From the NCBI RefSeq assembly GCF_009914755.1, contig NC_060942.1: a DNA stretch of 64,000 bases; one strand, written 5' to 3'. Position numbers and translations under genes: made by a program. The stretch's first letter is position 1. The number at the start of each line of letters is the position of its first letter. Under the pieces are notes generated by a model. That model worked only from the letters and a program-made list of their open reading frames with translations, was not told where the DNA came from and did no database searches. Positions 43,313 through 62,595 of the stretch are shown here, piece by piece. The DNA comes from the human T2T-CHM13v2.0 reference genome, Homo sapiens.

Positions 43313-43914
43313 CCTCTACAAGGAGACAAGCCCATGCACTCAGCCTCTGGTTTCTCCTAACCACATGCATCATTCTCAGGCTTCAGGGTCAAGCTGATTT
43401 TAGACAAGTAATTTCCACTCAAAATTGCTCAGTGAGATTTCCCACTCACTCCTGGGCACATTTAGCCAAGGCACCCATGTTCAGAATACACAGCCCAGCA
43501 GAATGGAAGACACAGCAACACTGCAGACAGAGCAGTGGACACAGCAAGCTTGACTCTTCCCCCATTCCCCATAGCACCCAGGGGCACTGGAATGGCCATG
43601 TTCACCTTTGCCCTAAGTGGTAGGGCAGAGGGAGTGAGAGTACCCTAGGGTACAGACTCCACTGTGCTCTCAAACAGGGCAAAAGGCTTTTGGCAAATAC
43701 CCCAAATCATGATCCCTAAATTATGATAAGGTTATAGAATATCCAAAATAAGATATTATAAAAGGATCATCTGAATTTTAAAACTATAAGGGACATTACC
43801 TATCTCAGTTATAAGGAAGCTGTTTACATAGCCAGCAATTGTTAGGTGGGCCAAGGAAGTCCTTAACAAGTTAAACAGATGGAAAAATGATGCTCTCCCC
43901 ACTTCTCTCCCTTC

Positions 43915-44800
<886 letters not shown>

Positions 44801-45373
44801 CTTTATCTCCAAGAAAAAAGAAATCGTATTTGTCACATGACATACCTTTATATAAAATTATGTATACAGTTTCTTTTATAATACACATTGATGGTTTTAG
44901 GCAAAATTATCTATGTAATAGTTCCCTTGACAAAGGTAACACTCAACTCGGTTTTTCTCAAAGTAGCTGTGGAACAGATGGCTGCCCCAGGGCTTTCCTT
45001 CATGTTAAAAGAACAACAGTAACTACATGTAATCAAATTAAAAATAAAGCAAATGCACATATAATGACACTAAAATAAAATAAATGCCTCTAATTATAGG
45101 TGTGTATGTGATTCCTATGTCTCTGGGCTATTCTTTATCAGAACTAAGAATGAACTCTGGCTGCTGGGTTTATTCCAAAGCACTATCCCTCCCAAAAAGG
45201 TCTCAAAGTCAGTTTGGCCAAGGGCAGTGAACTTTCATATTAAAAAGAGAAAAAGGCCGGGTGTGGTGGCTCATGCCTGTAATCCCAGCACTTTGGGAGG
45301 TGAGGTGGGCAGATCACCTGAGGTCAGGAGTTGAAGACCAGCCTGGCCAACTTGGTGAAACCTGTCTCTACTA

Positions 45374-45595
<222 letters not shown>

Positions 45596-46166
45596 TTACC
45601 ACTTATCGGAGATATGCCCCTGACTTTGTTGTTGTGGTTGAGATTTGAGATGAAAAAGAGAACATTTTGAGAGGTTGATGAAGGACAGGGAGTTTCTTTC
45701 CTACTAGGAGGTAGTGGCCGGAAAGCACAAGTTCTCCACCTTGGGTGTGGCAGATGATAATAAAGGCTCAGATAAGAGGTGAGGACCACTTCCAAAAGGG
45801 AAAACTAAGTTTTTCCATCACCTGCTAAATCTTCCCCTCCTCCCAGTCCCTTTCTGAAGTCTGGGCTTTGGAACCCGGTGAGAAGGGAACCTTACTAATA
45901 AGACAATGACTACAGGAGTAGCAATCGATCTTTGAAATTCCCTACCCTTATCTGCAAACAGGATGAGATAAAAGGTGCCTGGCACAGAGTGGATACTCAA
46001 ATGTTAATTTCCTTTTCCTCTCTTACCCTCAATTCTGAAATGAACATGATTTTCTTACCTGTTCTTTGTGACCTTTGAAACAGTGATCACTAGAAATGAA
46101 GGCACTATGTTGGGAGAAGGTACAACATTCTTCCATTAAAGCAAAATGCCAGAGAGGACAGCCTTA

Positions 46167-46358
<192 letters not shown>

Positions 46359-46782
46359 CTAGAAGACAGAAAACATTTAAATGCATTCTGAAGATGGATT
46401 TCCAACCTCTTGCATTTCCTAGATGCTAATTAACCTTACTCAATACTTCATATGATTGAGAATTTAGTAGTCTGAAAAATAATATATGTCAAATAAAAAC
46501 AGCACTATCATAACGCTTTGAAAGTCTATTTGATTGCTGCGATTGACTGATGTATCCTACATCTCCCATAGAAGGTAAGGTTTTGTTCCCAAAATTATCT
46601 CTCCAAAGAGAAGGTGGTGTCTTATATTCAAATCCTTGAAGAATCTTATATTACAGGGCATTCTCTCAATTACGTTTACTTTGAACAATAACATACTGTT
46701 TGGGGAAGATATCTTACTTAGCATGAAACAACTTCCAACAAGGCTGAACTGGAAAACTGGAATGCTTATAGAAGATATTCAA

Positions 46783-46817
<35 letters not shown>

Positions 46818-47629
46818 CAGCGTCTCACTGTATCACCCAGGCTGGAGTGCAGTGGTGCCATTGTGGCTCACTACAACCTCCACCTCCCTGGTTCAAACAA
46901 TTCTTATGCTTCAGCCTCCTGAGTAGCTGGGATTACAGGCACGCGCCACCAAGGCCGGCTAATTTTTGTCTTTTTAGTAGAGACGAGTTTCACCATGTTG
47001 GCCAGGCTGGTCTCGAACTCTTGTCCTCAAGTGATCTGCATGCCTCAGTCTCCCAAACTGCTGGGATTACAGGTGGCCCTCGCCCAGCCAGAATTATTTT
47101 TTCAGGGCAAGAAAATTTCACCTATATTTGGGCGATTATTCCTTAAGGTGTAATGTCATAAGTATTGCATGACATTGTAAAATAAGATCACTTAAGAAGC
47201 AATATGATAAGTATTATGTCGTAGAAGTTATGAGCATATATTTATGGAAGGAATAAAAAGTCAACCATCCTAGTGATACTTGGAGATTCGCAAGTGGGAA
47301 TAAAATTTCCAGAGACAAATTTAAATTTCTGGACATGGAGTCCAAAAGTGCTATATCTCACAACTTTGTCGTGGAAAGAGCAGAGTGCCAAACAGGCTCT
47401 TTGAGAGTGGATAACCACAACCATGACACCAAAGATGAATGTGAAAAGTTCAAATACAATTTTCATGAAATGAGAAAGCAGGGGAAAATGTTTCTTAAAT
47501 TATTATTTTTATGTGATTTTAAACATGTATATGCAATCAAAGAATAAGTATTAGAAGTATGCATTCAAATTGAACTAAATACTTGAAAAAATTTTTCATT
47601 GGGAAATAGAAGGAGTGCTTAATATTTGG

Positions 47630-48496
<867 letters not shown>

Positions 48497-48908
48497 ACTT
48501 TATTTTTAGCCTTGCCTTGTATTTGGAGCTATACAGTATATGTTGGGGGTGCTGGGGGAGGCTTGCTTCTAAGAGAACTGCCTCTATGGGAAAGTAACAG
48601 CAATGAAATCAACCCTACATTGACTTCAGGAGTCCAGCTTCACTAATTTATCTAGGGCTTCCTGGTTTTCCAGTTCCCGTCATCAAAGCACTCAGGGCAC
48701 CCTACAACCGAAATTTCCCTTCCCAAGGGAATTCTCCTGTTAAAAGTGTGGCATTTCTGAGAAAAAGTAAGGCATTTCTGGAAAAAAAAATCCCTTCTTC
48801 CTGCATTTGAAGCTTGGAGTGCCCAATAATTTTTCTATTCCACCTAAAGAGGTAAGATTTTGTATTAGAAAAACATACGATAATATTAGTGCAAAAGACA
48901 GCAATCTA

Positions 48909-49076
<168 letters not shown>

Positions 49077-49082
49077 TCACTA

Positions 49083-49367
<285 letters not shown>

Positions 49368-49495
49368 CTACAGAGTGAGACTCTGTCTCAAAAAAAAAAA
49401 AAAAAAAAAAAAAAAGCTCATGATGCTATTACTCTTCTTTTGGTTTTGATGGACAAAGGACAGAAAAGCAATCCCCTCTAAGTCTTTAAAGATCA

Positions 49496-49747
<252 letters not shown>

Positions 49748-49780
49748 TCAATAGGAATTGAACCAAGCAACTAAAATTTA

Positions 49781-49954
<174 letters not shown>

Positions 49955-51069
49955 TCATCCAAAGTTACATTAGCCATACCTGGACATGAAGCCTAAATAA
50001 TTAGCTGTTTCTATTTTCAAACTCTGTTCACCTTGGAACTTCAGGTTTGGAAAAGGTTATCCCCTGAAGTCGAGAAAATTTCTGACCTTGGGAAATGTTG
50101 GTTCCCTTCACTGTTTGTTGTTGTGAAGGTTAGGACAGAGGTACCCACAAACATCCTTCTCATTAACTTTAACTTTACCATCAGCTAGGACTACCAAAGT
50201 GCTGTTTGAAAATGTAGTGTCTAATATTTAATCACATTAAAATGATTCTATAACACATATTTGTTACAGAAATTCTGTTTCGCCTCTGTCAAATTCTTTT
50301 CCAGAGTGAATAACTGGATCACATGTTTTTGAAAGACAATTTTATTTGGAAAAGGAAGTCTTAGCTTTACTCCCAACTGCCCCACCATAGTGCAAGGTAA
50401 GGTCGTGGGTGGGCACAAGGGCAGGCCGGGGCAGGTGCTCTCAAGGGTGAGGCTGCCGTCTCACGACTGACGGCTTTATATAGGATTCACGAATACTCAG
50501 GAATTTTCCCTAGGGAAGTTCATTCTCAACCTCACCATTCTGTTCTGGCAGGGCATGTTAGGATCTTATGTCTTTGTAAAGCTTTAGAATCTCTCATGGA
50601 AATAATAGCAGTTTTATAGTTGAGAATAAACAGTCGGGCGCCGCGGCTCACGCATGTAATGGCAGCACTTTGGGAGGCAGAGGCAGGCAGATCACTTGAG
50701 GTCAGGAGTTTGAGACCAACCTGACAACAGAAAGCTCTATCAGGCAACTGCCCATAATCCAATTTGGGTATAGCCTCGGGGCCTTAAAGAGAATGCAGTG
50801 TCTTTGTCAGTTAAGCCTTTACAATTAAGAAGTGGTTAATTGGTTTTTAACCAATTAGCCTGTACAATTAAGAAGTGGTTAATTGGCTTTAAGTATTTTT
50901 TTCCGCCAAAAAAAAAAAAAAAAAGTGTGATAGATTTCCAACAGTCAATTGCCTGATCTATGAAGCAATGACAGCCCTAGTTTTCAGTCTCATGATTTCC
51001 GCTCTCTGTAAAGCAGTGTATGCACATCTGGAGCGTGAGGCGCGAGGAGCAGAGGGAGCAATGTCCCGA

Positions 51070-51240
51070 CTCTACCACTTACTGTGTGACCTTGGGCGGG
51101 CTGCTGCACCTCCCTGGGCCTCCGATTCCTCATGGGTAATACAGACGAATAATATTCGTCTCACATGGTCGTTTAGAGGATTAAATGAGCTAATATGTAA
51201 AGTGCCGGCAACCTCGTGAGCACTCAATAAATGCCTTGAA
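51070..51240 (+). mobile_element. MIR
   Basis: ccacttactgtgtgaccttgggc...gaggattaaatgagctaatatgtaaagtgc...cactcaataaatg. Confidence 0.75.
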
Positions 51241-51978
51241 AACTGGTCAGAAAACTGGTCAAAAACAGAACTTCATTCTCTTTTAAATGATAGCATAGTA
51301 ACCAAAACCAACACAAGGAGAATTCAAAATTGCCTCCTGGGGCCAGCTGCTGTGGCTCACCCCTGTAATCCCAGCAATTTGGCAGGCCAAGGTGGGCAGA
51401 TCACTTGAGATCAGGAGTTCGAGACCAGCCTGGCTAACATGGTGAAACCCCATCTCTACTAAAAATGCAAAAATTAGCTGGGTGTGGGGGCTGGAGCCTG
51501 TAATCTCAGTTACTCAAGAGGCTGAGGCAGGAGAATTGTTTGAACCCAGGGGGTGTGGAGGTTGCAGTGAGCTGAGATAGCACCACTACACTCCAGCCTG
51601 GGCGACAGAGTGAGACTCTGTCTCAAAAATAAATAAATAAATTGCCTATTGGTAAAGACCTTAAAAATCTGTTCCTTTCTCTGACACAGATAATAACCTC
51701 GATATTATTCATATCTGTCTGGACGCTGCTCAGCAGTTGATAAAGGGCTCAGACACATATGCTCCTGTCTGATCCTTTTACCTTCCCTGAGAGGTGGAGA
51801 AACGCAGGTAGTAAGAGCTCCACTTCACAGAGGCGCAAAGGTGAGATCAGTAGGGACAGCAGCAGGTGGCAGAGGCAAGGCCAGATATCAAGCCGTCTGG
51901 TCCACAATGCCCCGATTTCAGTGGAATGAATGTGCCTTCAAAGGCCAGCTTTAAATCAGACCCATCGAGACACACTTA

Positions 51979-52152
<174 letters not shown>

Positions 52153-52156
52153 TTAC

Positions 52157-52229
52157 TGGAACAAAATCATTTTTTTTCAGACGAATGACGTCTCCAACTT
52201 GAATTTCTTTCCACTTAGCAACTTTGAAC
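52157..52229 (-). CDS. ATP8B1: ATP8B1 exon 7 (73 nt; [24 protein letters not shown])
   Basis: VGD A-domain motif, GT-AG boundaries. Confidence 0.96.
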
Positions 52230-53816
52230 CTAAGGATTAAAAATAATGAGGATTTATTGACATTTTAAGTTACAGGCAAGGGAATTACTATTCTTTCTGG
52301 ATGTTATAGATTCTGGAAAATATGCAAGTCACAGAGAAAATGCTAAAATTTTGCTCTTTAATGGATGTAAACATATTAAAGGGGGGCATGAAAATCGTAT
52401 TGACCTCTGAAGGAAGCAATGATGAATGACTTTGATACATTCTTTTCATCTAGGTCATGTAAGGAAGAGTTTATGGGGGCCACTTATGTGCATGGCAGGG
52501 AAATACTTGCCACCCCCTTTTGTTTTTGCTTATGTCCAACTTGCCTCCCTGCTGTGTTCCTTCTCAGTGACCCATCACTTGCTCCATGCTGGTCCCAGGA
52601 CAGAAGCACCTACATTATGGCACCCACCTGGGCCTCCCAGAGTCTTCGTGGGGCTTCAGAGCTTGCCTACTCTCTGCTGTTTAAATTATCTTTATTATTT
52701 ATTTATTAATTTTTTTTTTCATTGAGACAGAGTCTTGCTCTGTTGCCCAGGCTGGAGTGCAGTGGCACGATCTCAGCTCACTGCAACTTCTGCCTCCTGG
52801 GGTTCAAGAGATCCTCCTGCCTCAGCCTCCCGAGTAGCTGGGACTACAGGCACGTGCCTTCACGCCTGACTAATTTTTTAGAGATGAGTTTTTACCATAT
52901 TGGCCAGGCTGGTCTCGAACTCCTGACCTCAGGTGATCCACCCACCTCGGCCTCCCAAAGTGCTGGGATTATAGGCATGAGCCACCTCACCTGGCCGGTT
53001 AACTTCTTAATTGTAAAGGCTTAACTGACAAAGACACTGTATTCCCTTTAAGGCCCTGAGGCTACACTCAAATTGGATTATGGTCAGTTGTCTGATGGAG
53101 CTTTGTGTTGTCACCACAACTTGTGTTTACACAGCCCCTTCAGCCTCCCTAGGGCATCATTTTCAGGGCTTTGCTCACGTCTTGACATCTTTCCCCACAT
53201 TCCCTCGCTAAAGTGAATTTTCCCTTCCCTGTACTGTCAGAGCATTTTGTTTTTATCTTTTTTATTCTGATATGGATTTTATTAGAATGATGTGTGTAGG
53301 TGTCTCATCTTCTGTCTTGAACTATAAATTTCTCAAGGATACTGTCCTGCCTCCAACATGCAGAAAGTACTCCATAAGTGTTTGTTAAATTAACGTAGTC
53401 AACTGTGACGAAAGCACCAACTCAGGGATCAGTAATGAGTTGTTTTTTGAGCAGGAGGCTTCAGGCAGAACTGCAAATTCAAGTGCTAAAAATAGTAACT
53501 AAGGCCTCATTCCAAGACTTTTTATGTGTCAACACTGAGGAAAGTAACCTGACTTACAGCCGTACTTCCACTCTAATGCAAATATAGACTATACCAAGCT
53601 ATAAATATGTTTAGATGGCTTTTTTTCCTTTGCAAATAAGAAAATTATGTTCCAAAGTTACCTTTCAAGTGTCAAAAGACAAAATCACAACAATTTAAAG
53701 ATCTTAATTGGCTTTATTTACAATTCTAGGATTAGGAAACACTTCATTCAGTAAAATAGAATAAGTGTCCCAATGAGCCTAGCAGAGGAGGTTGTTGTTG
53801 TTAAGACAGGAGTCTC

Positions 53817-54147
<331 letters not shown>

Positions 54148-55170
54148 TCAAGTGATCCTCCTGCCTCGGCCTCCCAAAGTGCTGAGATTACAGGCGTGAG
54201 CCACCGTGCCTGGCCAACCCATATGTTTAGCCTGTACCATACCTACCTACACTGGTAAAGAGGAGCTCTGGGTTGCCTTGAATTTGGAAGTCTAGGGTGC
54301 ATGTCTGGCAGGGCCATGGCCTGAGCAGCCCCTGCAGTGGGGTCACACCTATAGGAACTTGAGCATTAGCAGGGTAGAGCACAGGGGGCCTCCTCAGAGG
54401 AAACTGGAACATCGGATAGAAGAATCTAACAGAATTGCCTCCAATATTTCAGTATTCAGAATTGCCTTCCAGTAGCCCTGCTAAGAAGGTGCTGGCCTAT
54501 CCATTTGTCATTTCGGACTTACATGCAAATTTCTATTTTAAAATTTCAGAAATACTGAAATGTAAAACATCTACAATTTCGTTAATTGAAAGATAAGCCA
54601 AATTTTTTTTTTAATGCTGGAGTTAAGAATTGTATACTAAATTCATTAGGGGAACTGGGGCATAAACATATATTTAAAAAGTATTTTAAATCTCCAAGTC
54701 ATTTTTGGCCATAAATGAATGGCAGATAAACACATAGTGATTAGACGACTGCCTCCAGTGAAATTAAGTTTATTATTTATAGCAGGTTCATTACGTCCAC
54801 TGGGTATATCATTTGTATATGTGAAAATCTTTAAAACAATATTATAGTTTAAAACTTTTAAAAGTGTTGATATGTTAAAAATTTTAATGAATATTTCCTA
54901 TGGAATTTAGTACTCAAAATAGTCATCTTTTTATCTATTTTTATCACTATCCTTATTAGATTTATTACAACAGGGGTACATACTCATTAAAAAGATAATT
55001 TAAGGCCAGGCATGGTGGCTTACACCTGTAATCCCAACACTTTGGGAGATCAAGGAGGATAACTTGAGGTCAGGAGTTTGAGACCAGCCTGGCCAACATG
55101 GTGAAACCCCATCTCTACTAAAAGTACAAAATTAGCTGAGCATGGTGGTGCACGCCTGTAATCCCATCTA

Positions 55171-55272
<102 letters not shown>

Positions 55273-55391
55273 CTATCTCGAAAAAAATAAACAGTTAATG
55301 TACTAATAGCCTTCTACATTGTAATAATTATCTCTGAATGTGTTTCTAGGCAGAGTTATGCATTACATCCTTGAAACTCAGTTACTAATTA

Positions 55392-55538
<147 letters not shown>

Positions 55539-55541
55539 TCA

Positions 55542-55676
<135 letters not shown>

Positions 55677-56052
55677 CTAAAAGAATAAAAGGGCTTATGT
55701 GTGTGTCCATGAAGGCATATCAAGCTTACAGGTAACTTATTGCTAATTCTAAGCTTGCTAATTCCAAGTCTCATCACCGTCATCACATAAGTCTACATCC
55801 TGCAGAGTATATAGGAAAGGCTCTTCAAGCATTTGGACAACCTCCTTCTAGTGGTTCTCTCTAGCTTCTGGATACCTGGAACAGAGCCTAGAGGGCAGTG
55901 GCTCCTGAAATTATCTCATTGCAAACTTAACTGGACACCAAGGAAGTTTTGTATTATGATACCTAAAAAAGAGTTGCTCTAAATCTTTTGTGAAAGTCAT
56001 ATTTAACTGGGGGTGAGGGGGTAGGAGTGGCAAGGGAGAAGTCTCGTCTTAA

Positions 56053-56370
<318 letters not shown>

Positions 56371-56667
56371 TAACTTTTAAGGAATGCATGCATAGTAGGT
56401 TCTATACTGCAGGTTTCTCAGTCAGTGGTTTCTGAGGATCCCATGCTGAAGGCAATGATGGCAAGAGGTACTAGCTGCCTCTGAAAGTGAGGGATTAGGG
56501 AGAGCATCTCTGAGGGCATTAGAAGAAAGTGCTTCCTTCATGATCATCACTATTGGCCTATCCAAGAAAGTGAGCTGGCCTTCCTCCATCAAGACAGCCT
56601 CTAAGTTTGAACAAAGATTGGGATGCAAGTTTAATAAAGTTATTTCATAACCATCCTCCTGATCACT

Positions 56668-56815
56668 GGGCTGTATAATGTAGTGGTTAAAATGACAGGC
56701 TTTGGAGTCAACTCCTAGATCCAAGTCTTGGTCAGCTCTATCATTTATGGCTTATGGGACTTTGAGCAAGTTACTTTAGCTTACTAGGCCTCAGCTTTTC
56801 TCTGCAAAATGGAGG
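56668..56815 (+). mobile_element. MIR
   Basis: tagtggttaaaatgacaggctttggagtca...ttgagcaagttacttt...cctcagcttttctctgcaaaatgg. Confidence 0.7.
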
Positions 56816-57113
56816 TCATGCCAGGCCTGACCTTCTAGACTAGAAGAATTAAGTGTAGTGACAACACAAGTTAAGAAGCTGCCTACGGCTATTACTGTTA
56901 CCCTAATTTGGATTGCTGACCTTAAGAGAAGATAACTGCGCCAGGCACGGTAGCTCATGCTTGTAATCCCAACACTTTGGGAGGCCGAGGTGGGCGGATC
57001 ACCTGAGGTTGGAAGTTCGAGACCAGCCTGACCAACATAGAGAAATGCCGTCTCTACTAAAAATACAAAATTAGCCAGGTGTGGTGGCGCATGCCTGTAA
57101 TCCCAGCTACTCA

Positions 57114-57218
<105 letters not shown>

Positions 57219-57746
57219 TCAAAAAAAAAAAAAAAAGAGAGAGAGAAGATAACTGGGGTGCAGTTAGAAGACAAAAAGATCCTTCTTCCCACATCACAGT
57301 GAATATGTGAAACTCCTCTTCCCTGCTAGAAGGAAGTAAGGGAAAATGGTCTACTTCCTACAGAGCAGCACCTTGGAGTTTGCAGTGCTAACCTCTACAC
57401 ACACCTTTCTAAGCATCTCCTTTGATAACAGGGCCATCCTTTACTATCTGACTTGAAGGTCTTACAGTTTCCTAAATCATTGCCTATCCATTTCTCCTTA
57501 CCATCGTCTCTTCTTTTTCTCTCCTCTCCACGCATCCTCCATCCCCACCTAGACACACATTCTACCCCATTTTCATAAAACCTTAAAGGGTCAATCCCAG
57601 CAGGTATAACTTTTCCAAATCCAATGCTTGCCGTAAAGAATCTGATAAAGTGCCGGGCGCAGTGGCTCATGCTTGTAATCCCAGCACTTGGGGAGGCTGA
57701 GGCGGGTGGATCACCTGAATTCAGGAGTTTGAGACCAGCCTGGTCA

Positions 57747-57989
<243 letters not shown>

Positions 57990-58312
57990 TTAAGCTATGT
58001 AATCCGCACGGCAGACACTAAAGGTTGATTCTGGCGCTAACTAGTGTGTGTAGAGTTCCCTCGGTTACAGCAACAGTTCTTGCACAGCAAAACTCATGCT
58101 CTCTGGATAACTGGATGCTTTGCCACAATTAGGAAAAAAAATTTTTAAGTAGGCCTTTTAAAATGTAAAAACAGTTCACAAAAATAACTTACTGAAATTT
58201 ATGACCAAAATTTTAATAAAAAATCAATGATCTTTTTGGGGGGGAAATTCAGCATCTAACTACAATGATAAAAGACAAGCACAAAATAGCTTTAATTTTA
58301 AGGTGCAAATAA

Positions 58313-58526
<214 letters not shown>

Positions 58527-58882
58527 TAACCATGTTAGCCAGGGTGGTCTGGAACTCCTCACCCGAGGTGATCCGCCCGCCTCGGCCTCCCAAAGTGCTG
58601 GGATTATAGGCGTGGGCCACTGAGCCTGGCTGGATTTTAGTTTTATTCACTTCAGGGATACCAATTTTAACACCCATATCAGTATAACATGAAATTTTTT
58701 AAAATACAGAATTAGAATAATATTTCCATTTGCTCCCTTTCCCTGTTCATATAACACTGATTGAGCTGGTTCTGTGTATGAGGCACTGTTCCTTTATGTA
58801 CAGAACCCTGATGCTAATATAAAACACTTTCAAGATTATTCACATTATATGTGTCTACAGCTTAAATGTTATCGAGTCACTA

Positions 58883-59056
<174 letters not shown>

Positions 59057-59725
59057 CTAAATGATGCTGTATTTATCACAATGTATACACATCTGCAAAA
59101 GTCACAAGTCCCACAGCTTACAGTGACAAAGGAACATCATCTGTCAGAAAGATATTGAGGATTTTGTCTGGGTGCGGTGGCTTATGCCTGCAATCCCAGC
59201 GCTTTGGGAGACCGAGGTGGGTGGATCACCTGAGCCTAGGAGTTTGAGACCAGCCTGGCCAACATGGTGAAACCCCACCTCTACTAAAAATACAAAAATT
59301 AGCCAGGCGTGGTGGCCTGCACCTGTAATCCCAGATACTTGGGAGGCTGAGGCAGGAGAATCGCTTGAACCAGGGAGGCAGAAGTTGCAGATCGCCCCAC
59401 TGCACTCCAGCCTGAGTGACAGAGTGAGACTCTGCCTTAAAAAAGAAAAGAAGAAAGAAAGATACTGATATTTCTTTTAAGCTTTTAATTCTAGCCAAGC
59501 AGCCAAGCCTCAAAATGACTACTTGGAGTCTTATGACAGAGGCAGTAACAAGAAACAGACATCAGACTGTGACCAAATAAATCCTGCTGTCAGATTCCTT
59601 GACCCATTAGAGACTGTTAGAAAACAGGGTAAAGGTAGACAACAACATGGCCAAAGCCAGGAAAAGTGAGGCTTTTATTTAAGTGAGGAGACAGAGCCTA
59701 CTATGTAAGAAAGAGCAAAAGGTAC

Positions 59726-60192
59726 TGTAGTGGGTTGCATTGTGTCCTGCAAAAGATATGTTCAGGTCTTAACACTAATATCTATGAATGGGATCTTATT
59801 TGGAAATAGGATCTTCGCAGAGATAATCAAGATGAAGTCATACGTGATTAGGACAGGCTCTAATTTAATGAGGTGCTTATTCGGACTGGGGTCCCTATAA
59901 GAGGAAAGTTGCACACAGACACACACAGGAAGAGTGCCCCTTGAAGATGGAAGCAGAGATTGGGGTGACTTCATCTGTAAGCCAAGGAACTCCAAGGATT
60001 GCCAGTGGCCACCAGAAGCCAGGGGAGAGGCAGGGAACAGATTCTCCTGCAGAGGCTCCAGAAGGAGCCAACCCTGCCAACACCAAGATTTCAGACTTCT
60101 GATCCCTGCATCAGGAGAGAGTAAACTTCTGTTGTTTTAAGCCATCCAGTTGTGGTACTCTGCTATGGAAGCCCTTGGCATTAAAACACACA
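59726..60192 (+). mobile_element. MaLR LTR (MLT1B/C-like)
   Basis: tgtagtgggttgcattgtgtcc...gccaaggaactccaaggattgccagtggccaccagaagcc...ttctgttgttttaagcca. Confidence 0.8.
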
Positions 60193-60219
60193 TCTTACAA
60201 CATTTAAGCCCACACTTAA

Positions 60220-60357
<138 letters not shown>

Positions 60358-60844
60358 TGAGACTGTGGGCACATGCCACCACTCCAGGCTAATTTTTGTA
60401 TTTCGCATTTAATCTTTAAGCATTCTTTATCACATTCCAAAGGTAATAAGCATTTTTGAGTCAAAAATATGTTTAAAATCTCTAAATCCATTCCAGGCAG
60501 AGAAGGGGAAGATAAGTTCTTAAGAGATTCCTTTCAAACTCATTACTTTCAAACAGGAGGCTTCTGTGCCATCATTGTATATTCTTTCATAAAACATTTC
60601 TAAGAGAGCTTAAAATTTAAAAAAGAGAGAGAAAATTTCAATCTACATAATTCTGTTTTGTTTCAAGTCACCCGCTACCCACCCCAAAGGTAAACATCAA
60701 TAAAAATGACATTCTATAGAAACAATGATGATTATCAGTAGCCCCAGGCAGGTGGTTACGTGGAAGGCAGGTGTAGCATGAAGGTAGTAAGCATGCCAGC
60801 TACTGGAAAAAACTGCATTTTAATGAAAACAATTCAGAAAGTTA

Positions 60845-60988
<144 letters not shown>

Positions 60989-60994
60989 TTAACA

Positions 60995-61310
60995 TGTTGT
61001 TATGAGTTGAATTGTGTCTTCCCCAGATTCAAATGTTGAAGTCCTAAACCTCCATCCCTCAGAATGTGACCTTATTTGGAAACTGCTCATTGCAGATGTA
61101 ATCAAATTAAAGTGAAGTCATTAGAGAGGACCCTAATTCAACATGACTGATACCTTTACAAAAAGGGAAATTTGGACACAGAGATAGATGGAAGACGATG
61201 CGAAGTCACAGGGAGAAAATGGCCATCTGCAAGCCAAGGAGAGAAGCCTAGAACAGATCTCTCCCTTGTAGCTCTCAGAAGGAATCGATCCTGCTGACAT
61301 CTTGATGCCT
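60995..61310 (+). mobile_element. MaLR LTR fragment (MLT1A-like) abutting the exon 3 acceptor region
   Basis: tgttatgagttgaattgtgtc...cagaatgtgaccttatttgga...ggccatctgcaagccaaggagaga. Confidence 0.75.
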
Positions 61311-61467
61311 CGAGGAAGGCATAAGCATGCTGCTGCTATGAAAGCTGGAGGCAAGCATGCTATAAATCAGGAAGAAAATGAGGAAGCAGGCCGGGCGCGG
61401 TGGCTCACGCCTGTAATCCCAGCACTTTGGGAGGCCAAGGCGGGTGAATCACGAGGTCAGGAGTTCA

Positions 61468-61821
<354 letters not shown>

Positions 61822-62195
61822 TTAACAATGAGTGTGGCACAACTATTTTTGGAGATGGGAATATATTAAAAGACACTTGAAAGTAAAAAATTACAAAAAT
61901 ATCAGTCTTAACAACTATAATAATAAAGATTGTGTGATCTCGGCTCACTGCAACCTCTGCCTCCCGGGTTCAAGTGATTCTTCTGCCTCAGCCTCCTGAG
62001 TAGCTGGGATTACAGGTGCCTGCCACCACACCCGGCTAATTTTTGTATTTTTAGTAGAGACGGGGTTTCACCATATTGGCCAGTCTGGTCTTGAACTTCT
62101 GACCTGGTGATCCACCAGCCTTGGCCTCCCAAAGTCCTGGGATTACAGGCGTGAGCCACTGTGCCTGGCAAAATGATGTATTTTCTAGACTCCTA

Positions 62196-62595
<400 letters not shown>

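Noticed and set aside
51859-51872. CTCF-like GCAGCAGGTGGCAG
   Set aside because: Lies in MIR-like sequence with an imperfect core; not supportable without ChIP data.
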